Positions 53,097-64,000 of a stretch of 64,000 nucleotides of DNA are shown one piece after another; position 1 is the first letter of the stretch, and each line of letters begins with the position of its first letter. A program made the translations under genes and the position numbers. The notes beneath the pieces were generated by a model. It saw only the letters and a program-made list of their open reading frames with translations, was not told the origin of the DNA and ran no database searches. Source of the stretch: Vicugna vicugna (lineage: Eukaryota); assembly GCA_013265495.1 (NCBI GenBank), contig MU060887.1:4030001-4094000 (forward strand). Reading direction: 5' to 3'.

Positions 53097-56000
53097 TTAG
53101 TAGCGGCGAGTGAAGCGGGCATCATTGGGCCTGCTGCCCCGGTTCTGGCCCCCGAAGCCGCCCTGCATGCCGCCGCGCGGGATCACGTGGCCCCGAGAGG
53201 CCCCTCCGGGGGCAAAGCTGCCGCGCCTGGAACAAAGGTGGATTCTGATCGGCCCACATGGCACCAGTCTGTGGGCTCTGGCCTGCGCCCTGCCCTCCAG
53301 GGCTGGCTTCCCTCTGGAGCAGCAGCAGCAGCACCAGGAAACAGACCTGCACTGTTTCAGCAGCAGGGACATCCAGGTGGGAAGGCCTGACTGCCTAGAG
53401 CTTCACCAAGGCAGCCCACATGCAAAGACCAGACTTACCCCGACATGCCTCCCCGGTTCATCATGTGACCCGGCCCAGAGTGACCAGACATACTTCTCTC
53501 GCCACCTACAAGAACAGACACTGCTGTCACGGTGGAGAGAAGCTACGACACCCACGACACCTCTCCTGTGCCAGACCTCAGCCCCACCCCCAGGCCACAA
53601 GGAGCAAGGCCGTGTGCCCTCACGAGCAGGTGCAACATCAGCTTTCCAGGTGTCTCTCCAGAGGTGCCCGTGCCGAGTGCCAGTCCTCACCTTGCCACCT
53701 CTTGTGGTCCCTGTCTATCATGCCTCCGTCGGCGGCGCCCTGCCATGCACGATCATCCTCTATTCTTCGGCCATGGTCCCCCCAGTCACGTCTGCCCCTT
53801 GGAAAAAGACATCTCTGACTTGGATTGCCCCCATTTGCCTTTCAGAACAGCAACATGCTGGGTTCTGGAGGGTGGGTTTAGCATTCCGTGACCCCAGGCC
53901 CCTAGCCCTTTGAGCAGTGGTGGGTGCAGGGGAGCGGAACTGGCTCTGGGTCTGATGCTGCTCAGAGAGCTCAGAGGCAGTCTGGGCCCTGGTGAGTGTG
54001 CTGGGCTGCAGGGCCTGCACTCAGCTCATCCCTGAGACCAGGGATCCTGGGCTGCACAGATCGATCCTGCCAGCTGCGTGTGAGGCCTGCGTGGACACTG
54101 TGCGGTGTGAGACACAAACCTGGGTGGAGGAGGCAGCCCCCGGCCCTCGCTCATCCTCTTGTCAGAGCCGTATCCGCCCCACCCATCGCGGGAGTCCCGC
54201 CCGTGGCGCTCTGGTCCTCCGTGGCGTTCGGGGTAGTGCTAGACGATAAAGGGTCAGAATGAAAAGGCATCAGTACAACCCCGGATCCCAGGGCCTTCGG
54301 GTCAACAAGCTAATGACGATGGATGGTAACTCAGAGAGAAGCACGTGCAGGCCCAAGGTAGTGCCGGCAGGCATCCTGCACCCTGTCTGAAGCCACACAG
54401 GCCATTTCACCTGGCACAACACGGCTGCACCCCCAAAGTCTGCTCATGGCATGGGGAGAAGACAGGACTAGGGTCTCCCCAGTCAGAAGATTCGGGCACC
54501 GACAGATTGAGGGGTGCTGGGGCTGAGTGACTGCTCCACACCAGGCACGGCCCACACTGCCAGGTGCTCGTGTTTAGAATGTAATTACAAGCTGCACAGA
54601 GCCACCAAAGCAGAAGGGCCACCAAGGATCCCTTGACACAACTCACTTCAGGGCCTGACATCTTGTCCCTGCACTGCCCAGGATGCACCCCGTGGCAGCC
54701 CACCGGCCTACTCTGCGGCACTGCCCTGAGAACTGCGAGGCTAGCACAGGCCTCGGGGGGCCCGACCCTGGGAGGATGGAAGAGGAAGCCTCAGTCTGTT
54801 TAAATAAATGTCCACTCCTTTCCTTTCACCCAAAGCCTGCTCCTGCCAGCTGACTGGAAGGTCCAGGTGAGGTGGCTATCGTCCTGGTGCTCTCACGGTT
54901 CCACAAACCCAACCTGTGGCCTTGGGGCTTTCCCCCTAGATTCTGTTCTAAGTGAGGAGTGAGGAGGAAGGAGAAAGGAGTCCTGGAAGTGAAGCCCTGA
55001 GGAGGACCCCTGCAGCCGCCCTGTCACCGTCTGCTCAGCCAGCACGCTCTGACACAGAGGCTCGGACAGGAGCCCTAAGCGTTGGACCTCAGCGCGCTGG
55101 GCAGCACTGCCGCCTGCTCCTCCAAATGTGTGCCGACACCTCCCTCCACACAAGAAACGGGGGTCAATTTTACAAGACGGACAAAATAGAGCAGTGCTCC
55201 TTAAGGAGTGAAATCCCAAGCCAATGTGTCCATGAAAGTCAGTGCTGCCAAATATAACAAGGGCTGCTCAAACAGGACTCCCAAAATAGTTCTACCAACA
55301 ACCTTCAAGGAATGTAGGGCTTTAAAAAATTACAGCTCATGATTGAAGAACGACCTTTTATCAAGAGCCTTCTGAAGACTCCAAACTGGACAGAGAGGCA
55401 TTTAAAGTAGAGAAGTTCACCTCAGCAAGACCTAGTTCTGTCACTGCTGCTTTGCCCCATGTACCATGTGTCACCCTTTGTTGTTTGTGCCTTATTTATG
55501 ATCATGGATGTGAGAAAACCGCCCTGGGAGTTTCAGGGGAGAGAGCACTACCTAATCATGTGAAATGGAGCTAACAATGATTAAGAGCATCAGGAAGGTC
55601 TGGGCAGACACGTGCATCACCCCTAACTCCTGCCACCCTAGGTGGTAGGAACAATCACCCTCATTTCACAGCTGGAGAAACAGGCTCAGCAGAACTGCTG
55701 GTACCAAGATATGACCCTGGTCCAGGTTCTGGAGCCTGGACATTTAACCACGGTGCTCAACGTCTCCACCAAAGGAAACCCAGGAGACTAAGTCTAGATT
55801 TAGTTGCATGTAAGATTTACGTCCAGGAGCAGAAAAAAAGGAATCACGTGAGGGGTAAACAATTACTCCCCAGGCGGCAGAGAATCCTTAGGCGTAGCCA
55901 AGGAGCCTCGTAATCTCTAGCCACATTCTCAGGAGCTGAGGGAGGAGGACAGATCGAAACATCGAGTCAGGGAAAGGAATGACTCACAGGCTAGCGGTTC

Positions 56001-59000
56001 TGTCAGAACAATGCCCTGACCACAGCCTTTCCTATTCCTCTGATTTTCCAAGAAAAGCCACTAAAGAGTCAAGGCTCTTTGAGGAAGTTCTCAATCTAAA
56101 TGTAAGACAGGAGAAAAGGAGAAAACTGAGCTTATTTCCTAATGTGTTAATCCTGCAAGGAGCAGGCACACAAGCCCAGCTCAGGTCTTTCCCAGGGCTC
56201 AGCGGGCTTGGGCTGACTGGCGCCCACTGAGGCTCCAGACGCACCTGGACTCCACAACATGAGGCGTGGCCTCTAGGCAGCACTGTGGGTCGCAAAGCAC
56301 TTTCCAACAGAGCCCGCCAGACTCCTGCCAGGCTCCCCAGCACTTCAGCACTGGTGTAGCCACTAAGTGTACAGAATCTCAGGGTCAAGGCCCAACAAAA
56401 CTTCCGAATGTCTGTTTGGATTTTGGGCCAAGACCGAGCACAAACCATTCACTGTGTTACTCCACAAACGTCGCAGCTGCCGCACTTCCTCACTCGTTCG
56501 TCCTAACTCAGATGGAGGAGGCAGAAGCATGCAGGAGGGAAGAGAGCCAACTCTGTGGGGAAAACCGTGGCTGTAACTGTAGCTTCTGACTTACCTGTCC
56601 TTCTCTTTCTCCCATCATTGACCTTGAACCTTCTCTCCTGAAAAAGGCAATTTAAATGAAACCATAAGGAGAGGAAGATAGGTTGGTTAGATTTTCAAAA
56701 GGAAAACATACCCCAATTTGAACCCAGATAATTCACACACGCCGCTGGATCAAGTGGGCTTGCAATCTAGAGGCCTAGAGCCTAGAAAGGTTACCCAAAT
56801 TCTTCATCATAATAATGAATAAGGACAAAGAAAACTTGCATCAAGCGGGCAGGGTCGGTGGCTGACCTGTCAACTGAGTGGTCAGGGTAGCGGCCCCGGT
56901 CCCTGTGGTCAAAGTCATGGAAGCGGTCCTGGCGGTTGAAGTCAGAATGGTAGCGCTCATCCAGGGCAGCCCGCTTAGCTTCCGGCCAGTAGGCATCGTC
57001 TCGCCTGGGAAGGGAAGCAAGAACGGAGTATGTGCGTAACTAAACCCTCAAACTGTCCCTGGCCCCCATCACTTCACAGAAGGGGGACTATCAGTGAAGC
57101 ATATTCTCTGCTACACAAGCTGACAGAGCCTGGAGGGGTGAGGTGGGATCTGACTCAAAGACTCCATTCTGTCTTACCCAACATGCCCTGCCTCCCCTCA
57201 CAGAAGAGCTTACGTCTCCCTAATAGGAGGTGATCAGTCAAGTGGGCAAGCGCACGTGTGCATCAGCAGATCACCTCTGGGAACCTCTCAAGGCCACGAG
57301 AACAGTGAATGCACAGCTATCTCTTTTGTCCCAATGCAGACTTGATCCAGCAAAGACACCCAGTGGGGAGGACTTTTAGAATCACTTGAAACATAGTTTC
57401 AAAACATTTATGCCCATAACAGACTCCCATATCAGTACTTTGTATAAAAGCATAAAAAGTTCTAAGATAGACTAAAAGCCCTTTTACAGAAGTCTCACTG
57501 TTCTATTACATGGGGACCTCTTTAACCCACGCAGTAGACAGAAGGTTAAAACAAACATGCATCCAGAAGAGCTTTGATAGGCTCAGTGCTAGGATTATTA
57601 CCCCAAACTCCTGACAGTAAGGTCTGAAATAGGTCTGCTATGGGTTAATGTGGGTTAGCATTTTAGTATTGGTATGTCACACCAGCATGCTGGGGGAATT
57701 AAAATTAATCTAACAGAATGAACAAACACAAATTACTGCAATGATTACAAAGCTGGAAGGCGCCCAGAAGGTGGTGCTTTCTGGTCACCGGCCACCTGCC
57801 CAGCACTCGTGTTATGTGCTGCTCTGGGTGCCTGAACTCCTTCCTCAAGGTGGGGTCTGTGCTGGGACTTGAACCTAATGATTAATAAGCACTACTTTAT
57901 CCAACCATTTCTCCACTGATCTCAAACCATCTCAGATTCCTGGATGAAGCACAGGAGATTGAACAGCTGTAGCACGCACCAGCGCTTCCTTTTAAATATA
58001 AATTGCATGTTAACAGGATTCTAGGGACCACAGCACAGTTCTAAACACCACAGGCCACCCACGTGGCGGCTGCTCGCAGCAGCGTGGCTTACCGGCCGTC
58101 CACGTCGTAGGGCCTGCGCACAGCCGGCCTCCGCTCCTGCTCATAGCGCAGCTCCTGCTGGCGCCGCAGCTCCTCGCGCTCGCGGTGGATGCGCTCCTGC
58201 TCGCGCCGGCGCTCGTGCTCAACGTGCATGCGCTCGCGCTCCAGCCGCTCGCGCTCCATGCGCTCCCGCTCCAGGCGGTGTCTGTGGAAGGCCAGCCTCT
58301 CCCGGGCAATGGCCAGCCGCTCGCGCTCCTCCCGCTCCAACTGCGCCTGCATGCGCTGCTCCCGCTCGCTGCGCTCACGCACCCTGCCGGCGGGAGAGTA
58401 GCAGCTGCAGGGGCCCGCGGGCAGCGGCAGTGCGGATGGCCTCTCCCAGGCGGGTGAGCTTTATAGCTGCAGAGCCCCGGCTCCGCCTAGGAAGCCGAGA
58501 CCTGCAGATCCTTTTAGACCTTGCAACTACCAAGGGCCAGGGCAGCTGAGCGGTGGCGCGCAGCAAGGCCCCGCCCAGACCGAGGGCACAGACAGCCCCT
58601 CTTACGCCAGCAATACTGATGGCGCCCAGGGCGCATCCCTCCAGTGTTCATATGCATGCCAGATAAGACGGCTGCCAGGTCCACCCTGTGCTCTGCTCTG
58701 CACTTACAGACACAACGGTACCAGCAGAAACGTATAATCTTGCCCTGCTTTGTTTCTGCATCTTGGACAAAAACGACTGCAGCTTCCTCAGTTCAAGAAA
58801 ACATGTCCTGGGCCCTGCGTGTCCCCATCTCTACAAATGTATGGCAAGCTTCCAGGGAAAAGCCCCTGGAGTGGAGAGGCCACGATTTACAGAACTACAG
58901 GCAGACGTGGGCCTTCTGGTGGTTCCCAGCCTTATGGAAACGGCCCCTCGCCCCCACTTTCTTGAGCACAGTTCCCTTCAGGCAGGTTGGGGTAAGTGCT

Positions 59001-62000
59001 GTTGCTGGGACACCAGGATTCAGAAGGGTGTGCTGCTGCGGGACTTCTCTCCAGGTGGCTGTGCCCACGAACACCCCTCTCCCGCCACCACGAGCACCCA
59101 GCTCCGCACGCTGTAACCCAGATCACACTGACGGATGGAAACTAGCCTCACTGCTGTTTTCATCTGCGTGTCCCTGATCTCCGGTGAGGCTGAATGACAT
59201 TTCATGTTTTGTGACCATGTATACAGTCCCTTCTGTGAACTGCCTTCTGTCCACTTTCCTATCAGGTTGTTTGCTTATTTATTTTAATCTTTTTTCCCCC
59301 GGGGGGAAGGTAATTAGGTTTGTCTCATTTATTTATTTATATTAACGGAGGTACTGGGGATTGGGTGTGCTAAGCACACAATGCCACTGAGCTATACCAT
59401 TCCCACTGCTTATTTATTTTAAAGCACCTTTATGCTCATTTGTTATAAGTCTTTGGACTTCCTCTTTGGTCTTTCATTGTATAGAAGTTAAATTGTGATC
59501 TAGCCTACTTCTCCTTTAAAAATGTTCAGGTCTCTCAAAGCTCAAATTCATAAATAAAAATTTTACTTCACATTATACAGGTAACTTTAGTTTTCACTTT
59601 GACATTCAGCCACCAGCTATACTGACTGCTTTGTCAGTTATGTGAGCCAGAACCCCAAAGGACTGTCCAGAGAAACAGCCAAGTGACCTGAAGCCCTTCT
59701 GGGGGGCAGCTCGTCCTTTTCTCACCAGTTGGAAATGTCACTTTTATTGTGTCAAATTACTGCATGCACATGGGTCAGCTTCGCTGATCTGTTTTGCCAA
59801 TTAATTCACCCTAACTGCACTTTCCTTTGCCCTGCCTGTCCCTCTCTGGCAGGAAGTTCTGTATGGTGCACTACAGAAAACAATGCCCTGCCTCCTGTTC
59901 TCATTCTTATTCTGCTAAACTTTTTACTAATGATTCTTATTTTTTAAATTGTAAACTTTTATTTTTGACAAGACAGATCAACTGTCAATCAGTGTGATCA
60001 ATACCATTTTTTACTTAGTTTTTAAAAATTATGAGGACCTTGTCTTGGGCTGATTTAAGGATGAGGACCTCTCAGCTATCTCACTGGGTCTGTCCCACTG
60101 TTTTTCCCTTTTCACAGCTTCTGGAGCAAATCTGGTATGTTCTGTTAACTAGCACTACTGCTCCAGGAAGGCATCCCATCTCCCTGCTGTTGGTACCTCC
60201 CAGAATCTTCAGGAAGAGGTGGGCCTATCTGCATGAGAAAATCCTTTGAAAAAAGCCACAGGAAGAGAACCAGTGCACAGGAAGTCTACGAACTAAAAGC
60301 CAAAGGAGCAGAGGTTTAAATCAATATTCCACCCACAGGGGACTTAGAAGACATCTTTCCAGGACACAGTTATCACCAGTCTAGGGCAACAACCAAACCA
60401 GCCAACATTCCTGGATCTGACTCACCTGCGGGACTCCGAGTCTCTGGACTTCCTAGGCTCTTTGACTTTATCAAAGGACACAACAGACCGCTTTTCTCTG
60501 CTGGCCGATTTGCGATCCTGGCTCTTGGAAACCTGGTCCATCAAGGAACATGGAGAAGGTAAGATAGAAAGGACAATAGGAAGAATCAGGTGTGTCCAAG
60601 TCTAAGCACCCAGTGAGATCAAAACTGAAGATGAACGTTTAATGAAATCATCAGGTAACAAAGTGTTCTCCCATAAGAAACTGCAGGTTTGCTTATCGTA
60701 ATTCAAAGTCACCAACCGTCATTACCGTTTATTACTAAAATATGACCCATTGAGTACTTTCAAGAGTCAAAATGGAAATGAGTATTTTCCCCAGAAAGTT
60801 TTCAGGAGATCAAGAAAATATTTTAAACTTTGTCTTTTGCATCCAAAACACATTTTTTAATATTGTCCTTTACCTTTGTAATTAAACATGCAGTGATGCC
60901 CAACTGAGGCCACTCCTGGTATGTTTGAGAATTCCACATTTGTGCAGACTGCATTATTATTATTTTTTGAGATCTACCCATCTTGGACCTTGAACCCACT
61001 TTCATTTTACCATTTTATAAGCAATTTTTTAAATAAAATAAGGAAAAAAACACTATAACACAGTAAAATATTTGTACAAACACATGCAGACTGAAATGAA
61101 AACCTCACAGAGGAAACATCAGCTTGCAACTGGTCCACAACATTCAAGAGCTTAAATGGCCTGTCATCTGACAATCTAGCATTCAGGGTGCCCTAGCTGA
61201 CAATTAACTGGTAAGGGTGGTTCACTGTGCCCAGACCATGCAAATGATGCTGAACACCTGCTTTCCTTCCGGGAGTCAGGAAATTTGGTACTTGCCTGGA
61301 GCGGGTGAGTGCTCATGTGATCAGCCCCGAGTACAAAAACCTTGGGGAGCTAAGGCTCTAGTGGGCCTGCCAGGGGAGAAGCAGCACCCACGTGCTGCTG
61401 CATTTTCATTGTGGCGGGCGCCATCATGGGAAGGCGAGAATGCAAGGAAGCATGCAGAACTCCCTCCAGACTCTGCCTGTGTCTTCCCCTGCGTGACTTG
61501 GCTGTGTATGCTCACTGCATCACTGAGGCCAATCTTAGCCCATATGCTGGGTCCAGTGGTCCCCCGAGTTGATTTCGGAATGTGGGCAGTCTTGGGGACT
61601 TGGACTTTTATTTATCAAAGTTGTAAGGCTGTCAAAAGTTAAACATAACAACATCAACAGCTGCCCATGACCCCAATGGCAGGCAGAGTGAAATGGTAAG
61701 AACCTAAGGCCTGGTACTTTGTGGATTCTGGGTTCTGTGGAGCATCTGCAAGGAAACAGTGAATGGACTGTGCAAGGAGGACACTGGGCTTAGAGGCAAG
61801 CTGGGCCACGTGTGGGTTTAGAAATGCACGGGGGGAGAGCTGCTGAAACCTTCAGGGCAGGCAATGGTAACGGACTGCTACGCCCTGATTCAGAGGAAAA
61901 AGCCAATCACTTCCATAACTAAATTTTAAAATTAGTTAAAAAAATTAAAAAGCAACAATTCTCAGCAGAACAAAGCACGAAGGAAAGTTTTTAAACTTTC

Positions 62001-63185
62001 TCAATTTTGTTTTTGCTTTTTTTTTAAAGTTCAGAGCCTACATTTTGAAAAAGTTGACAATTTTTCTCAAATTAAGCTCAGAAACTCCCTAAGATACACA
62101 CAGAAATATAAAGAAAATGTCAAAGAAAATAAATGCTAAATACCCTACACGGAAAAGGAACACTCACTCTCTCTTTGGATCCTGATGTTTTGACACTGAT
62201 AACAGGTACACCTTTAGATTTATCCATCACCACAGTCCGCTCAGTTCCTCGACTTCCTGTGGGAAGAAAGGAACAAGGTAAGAAGAGACACCTCCAAATG
62301 AGAAAAAATACTCAACTCCATGGAAAAGAAACACAGTTTGCATTGCCAACTAACCACAGCAGCCAGGACAGACCACAAGGTGAAACCTCCCACACTCTCT
62401 GGGCAGCTACCTGATTTTGTGGTTCGAGATCGCTCAGAGGGGCCAGGCTTCTGATCATCCTGATCTTTACTCTTTTCTCCACTCCCGTCTTCACCCTTTT
62501 TAGCATCATCTTTTCTGTCGGCTTTGTCTTCCCTCTTCAGGTTTGCAGACCTAGAAAATAACACCCCCGGACATGGAAGAGTGTTAGACGGGCAATTCAG
62601 GGAAGCAAACCAGCCACGCTGGACTCCTGCAACAAGCATCGAGTGGTGAGGCGGAGGCCTCGGAGGCCTCGACAGGAGGGAGAACAGGAGCCCTGGAAGA
62701 GGGACTGGCGTAAGGAGATCGTCTCCCATGAGTGGTGGTGAAACATTCCTCCAGCAAATGTGAAAAAGTGAAGGGGGCAAGGGCCTCACAACTTTGCCCA
62801 TCTGTGGAAGACATAAGGGGCATGAGATGAAGAGGAGGGCTATCTTGGCCACAATCCCACCAGGAAGAATAATACCTGTCAGCGTTGCTAGACTTCTCTT
62901 TTTTCCCCTCCCCTTCTCTTTTGTCAGAAGTTTTCTTCCCAGCAGGTTCATTTTTTGCCTGAAAAAGAAAATCAGGTGGAAGCATCACCTTATTTCCTAA
63001 GACAGTCACACCCTGAGAAGAAAATGGCCCCTTACTTTTTCCACTGAGATCATCTTCCCATGGAGCTCTGTTTTGTGCAGGTGGTTAATGCATTTTGTGG
63101 CCTCTTCTGCTGTGGACATGGTAACAAAGCCATAGCAGCGAGCTCCCGGACTCCGGGCATTTGTCACAACCTTGGCGCCCACCAC
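53097..63185 (-). CDS. SAFB: Scaffold attachment factor B1; last 12 exons (C-terminal half of the RRM, E/R-rich coiled coil, RGG-type tail), 5' part beyond the right edge
   Basis: Exons 63185-63036 ([50 protein letters not shown]; RNP1 RCYGFVTM), 62958-62876, 62550-62411, 62256-62168, 60532-60426, 58383-58093 ([17 protein letters not shown]...), 57004-56867, 56637-56595, 54238-54120, 53797(or 53791)-53691, 53505-53439, 53226-53097 ([12 protein letters not shown]...[11 protein letters not shown]). Total 1464 nt, in frame. The C-terminus and position next to MICOS13 fit SAFB rather than SAFB2. Confidence 0.96.
59288..59406 (-). mobile_element. tRNA-Ala-derived SINE, internally deleted copy, in a SAFB intron
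   Basis: Same head and the same CCTAATTACC tail as the 30189 copy. Perfect 16-bp TSD tgcttatttattttaa at 59272-59287 and 59407-59422. Confidence 0.88.
61190..61620 (+). mobile_element. MER21-like LTR fragment in a SAFB intron
   Basis: GTGCTCATGTGATCAGCCCCGAGTACAAAAACCTTGGG...CTCCCTCCAGACTCTGCC...ATATGCTGGGTCC...GTCTTGGGGAC. Confidence 0.5.
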
Positions 63186-64000
63186 CTTGAAGGAAAGCAC
63201 ACAAACAAAGCTTGGAGACAAAGCTCCCCCCCAGACCCGACAGTGCAGTCACGCTGCTTCCCTCTGACCCACCCCACGTCCTATGCACTCCCGGCCCGAC
63301 CCCCCGGGGACGAGGGCCCATGGGGGAGATGCCGAGAGTGGGTGCCTGACAAACGGCAGGTGAAGACTAGGGTGGATAAGGAATGTGACTGGCTGCTCCT
63401 ACTCCGTCCTGGCGGTTCCTCTAGGGGACCAGGAGGACAGTGTAGAGGACTAGCGAGGAAAGTGAAGTGGAAGGCAGAGTCCTGCCAGCATTCCTTTAAC
63501 TGTCTAAAACTTGTGAAGACATGATTCTGAACATGTGATTACCCATGTGGGCAGTAAAGCAGGAAGACACATATATGGGCAGAGATCGACATAAGGACAG
63601 GTTTATGAAGTGCACTCTGGAACAGAGAGCCCATCCTACTATTAAGAATATTAAAATTCAAGGAGATGTTTCAGGCACTACAGATACACCTTCAGATGCT
63701 ACTTAATTCTCCCAACAAGCACAGCAAGCTGAAGTTAGGGACGCCCTCTTATGCCAGAAGGTACCACAGCTCACAAGTCCCACAGGAGCCACTGGCTGAA
63801 GCTTGTGTTCATCCTCATTATGCCATAAGGAGTCTTATACCCAGGGTAAGCTTTCACAGTGGTCTGGTCCCCTACTCAAGCCACGTGAAGCCTGCAATGC
63901 ACCCCAGACACTGCGAGCTCCAGGCTGACAACTCCCTGCTGAGAGCACCCATCTACTCTAAGGGCCACAGTAGAATCAAGAAAAGGGCCCCATCTTGCAT

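Overview
This is mammalian genomic DNA, not prokaryotic. It is most likely a camelid: tRNA-Ala-derived SINEs of the type described from vicuna/camels are present, and I saw no ruminant Bov-A/BovB or pig PRE-1 SINEs. The window is the gene-dense cluster orthologous to human 19p13.3, in reverse orientation. Left to right: CATSPERD (-, exons 1-10, continues off the left edge), a shared CpG-island promoter, LONP1 (+, 18 exons, complete 959-aa ORF), RPL36 (-, complete 105 aa, tail-to-tail with LONP1), HSD11B1L (-, 7 coding exons), a second bidirectional promoter, MICOS13/QIL1 (+, 4 exons, 118 aa) and the 3' 12 exons of SAFB (-, continues off the right edge). I built all exon chains by hand; each has GT-AG junctions and consistent phase. 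The best oddities are: an in-frame TAG at codon 18 of an otherwise intact HSD11B1L (young pseudogene, null allele or assembly error); an out-of-frame strong-Kozak ATG 11 nt upstream of the LONP1 start that opens a 116-aa overlapping ORF; mutually inverted GC-box arrays flanking HSD11B1L exon 5; tandem ZNF143-like and NRF1-like promoter repeats; and a SINE placing stacked AATAAA hexamers in LONP1 intron 8. I found no evidence of a wholly new gene system. Two N-gaps indicate a draft assembly, so single-base claims need checking against reads. Comparisons with human proteins are from memory, not from a database search.
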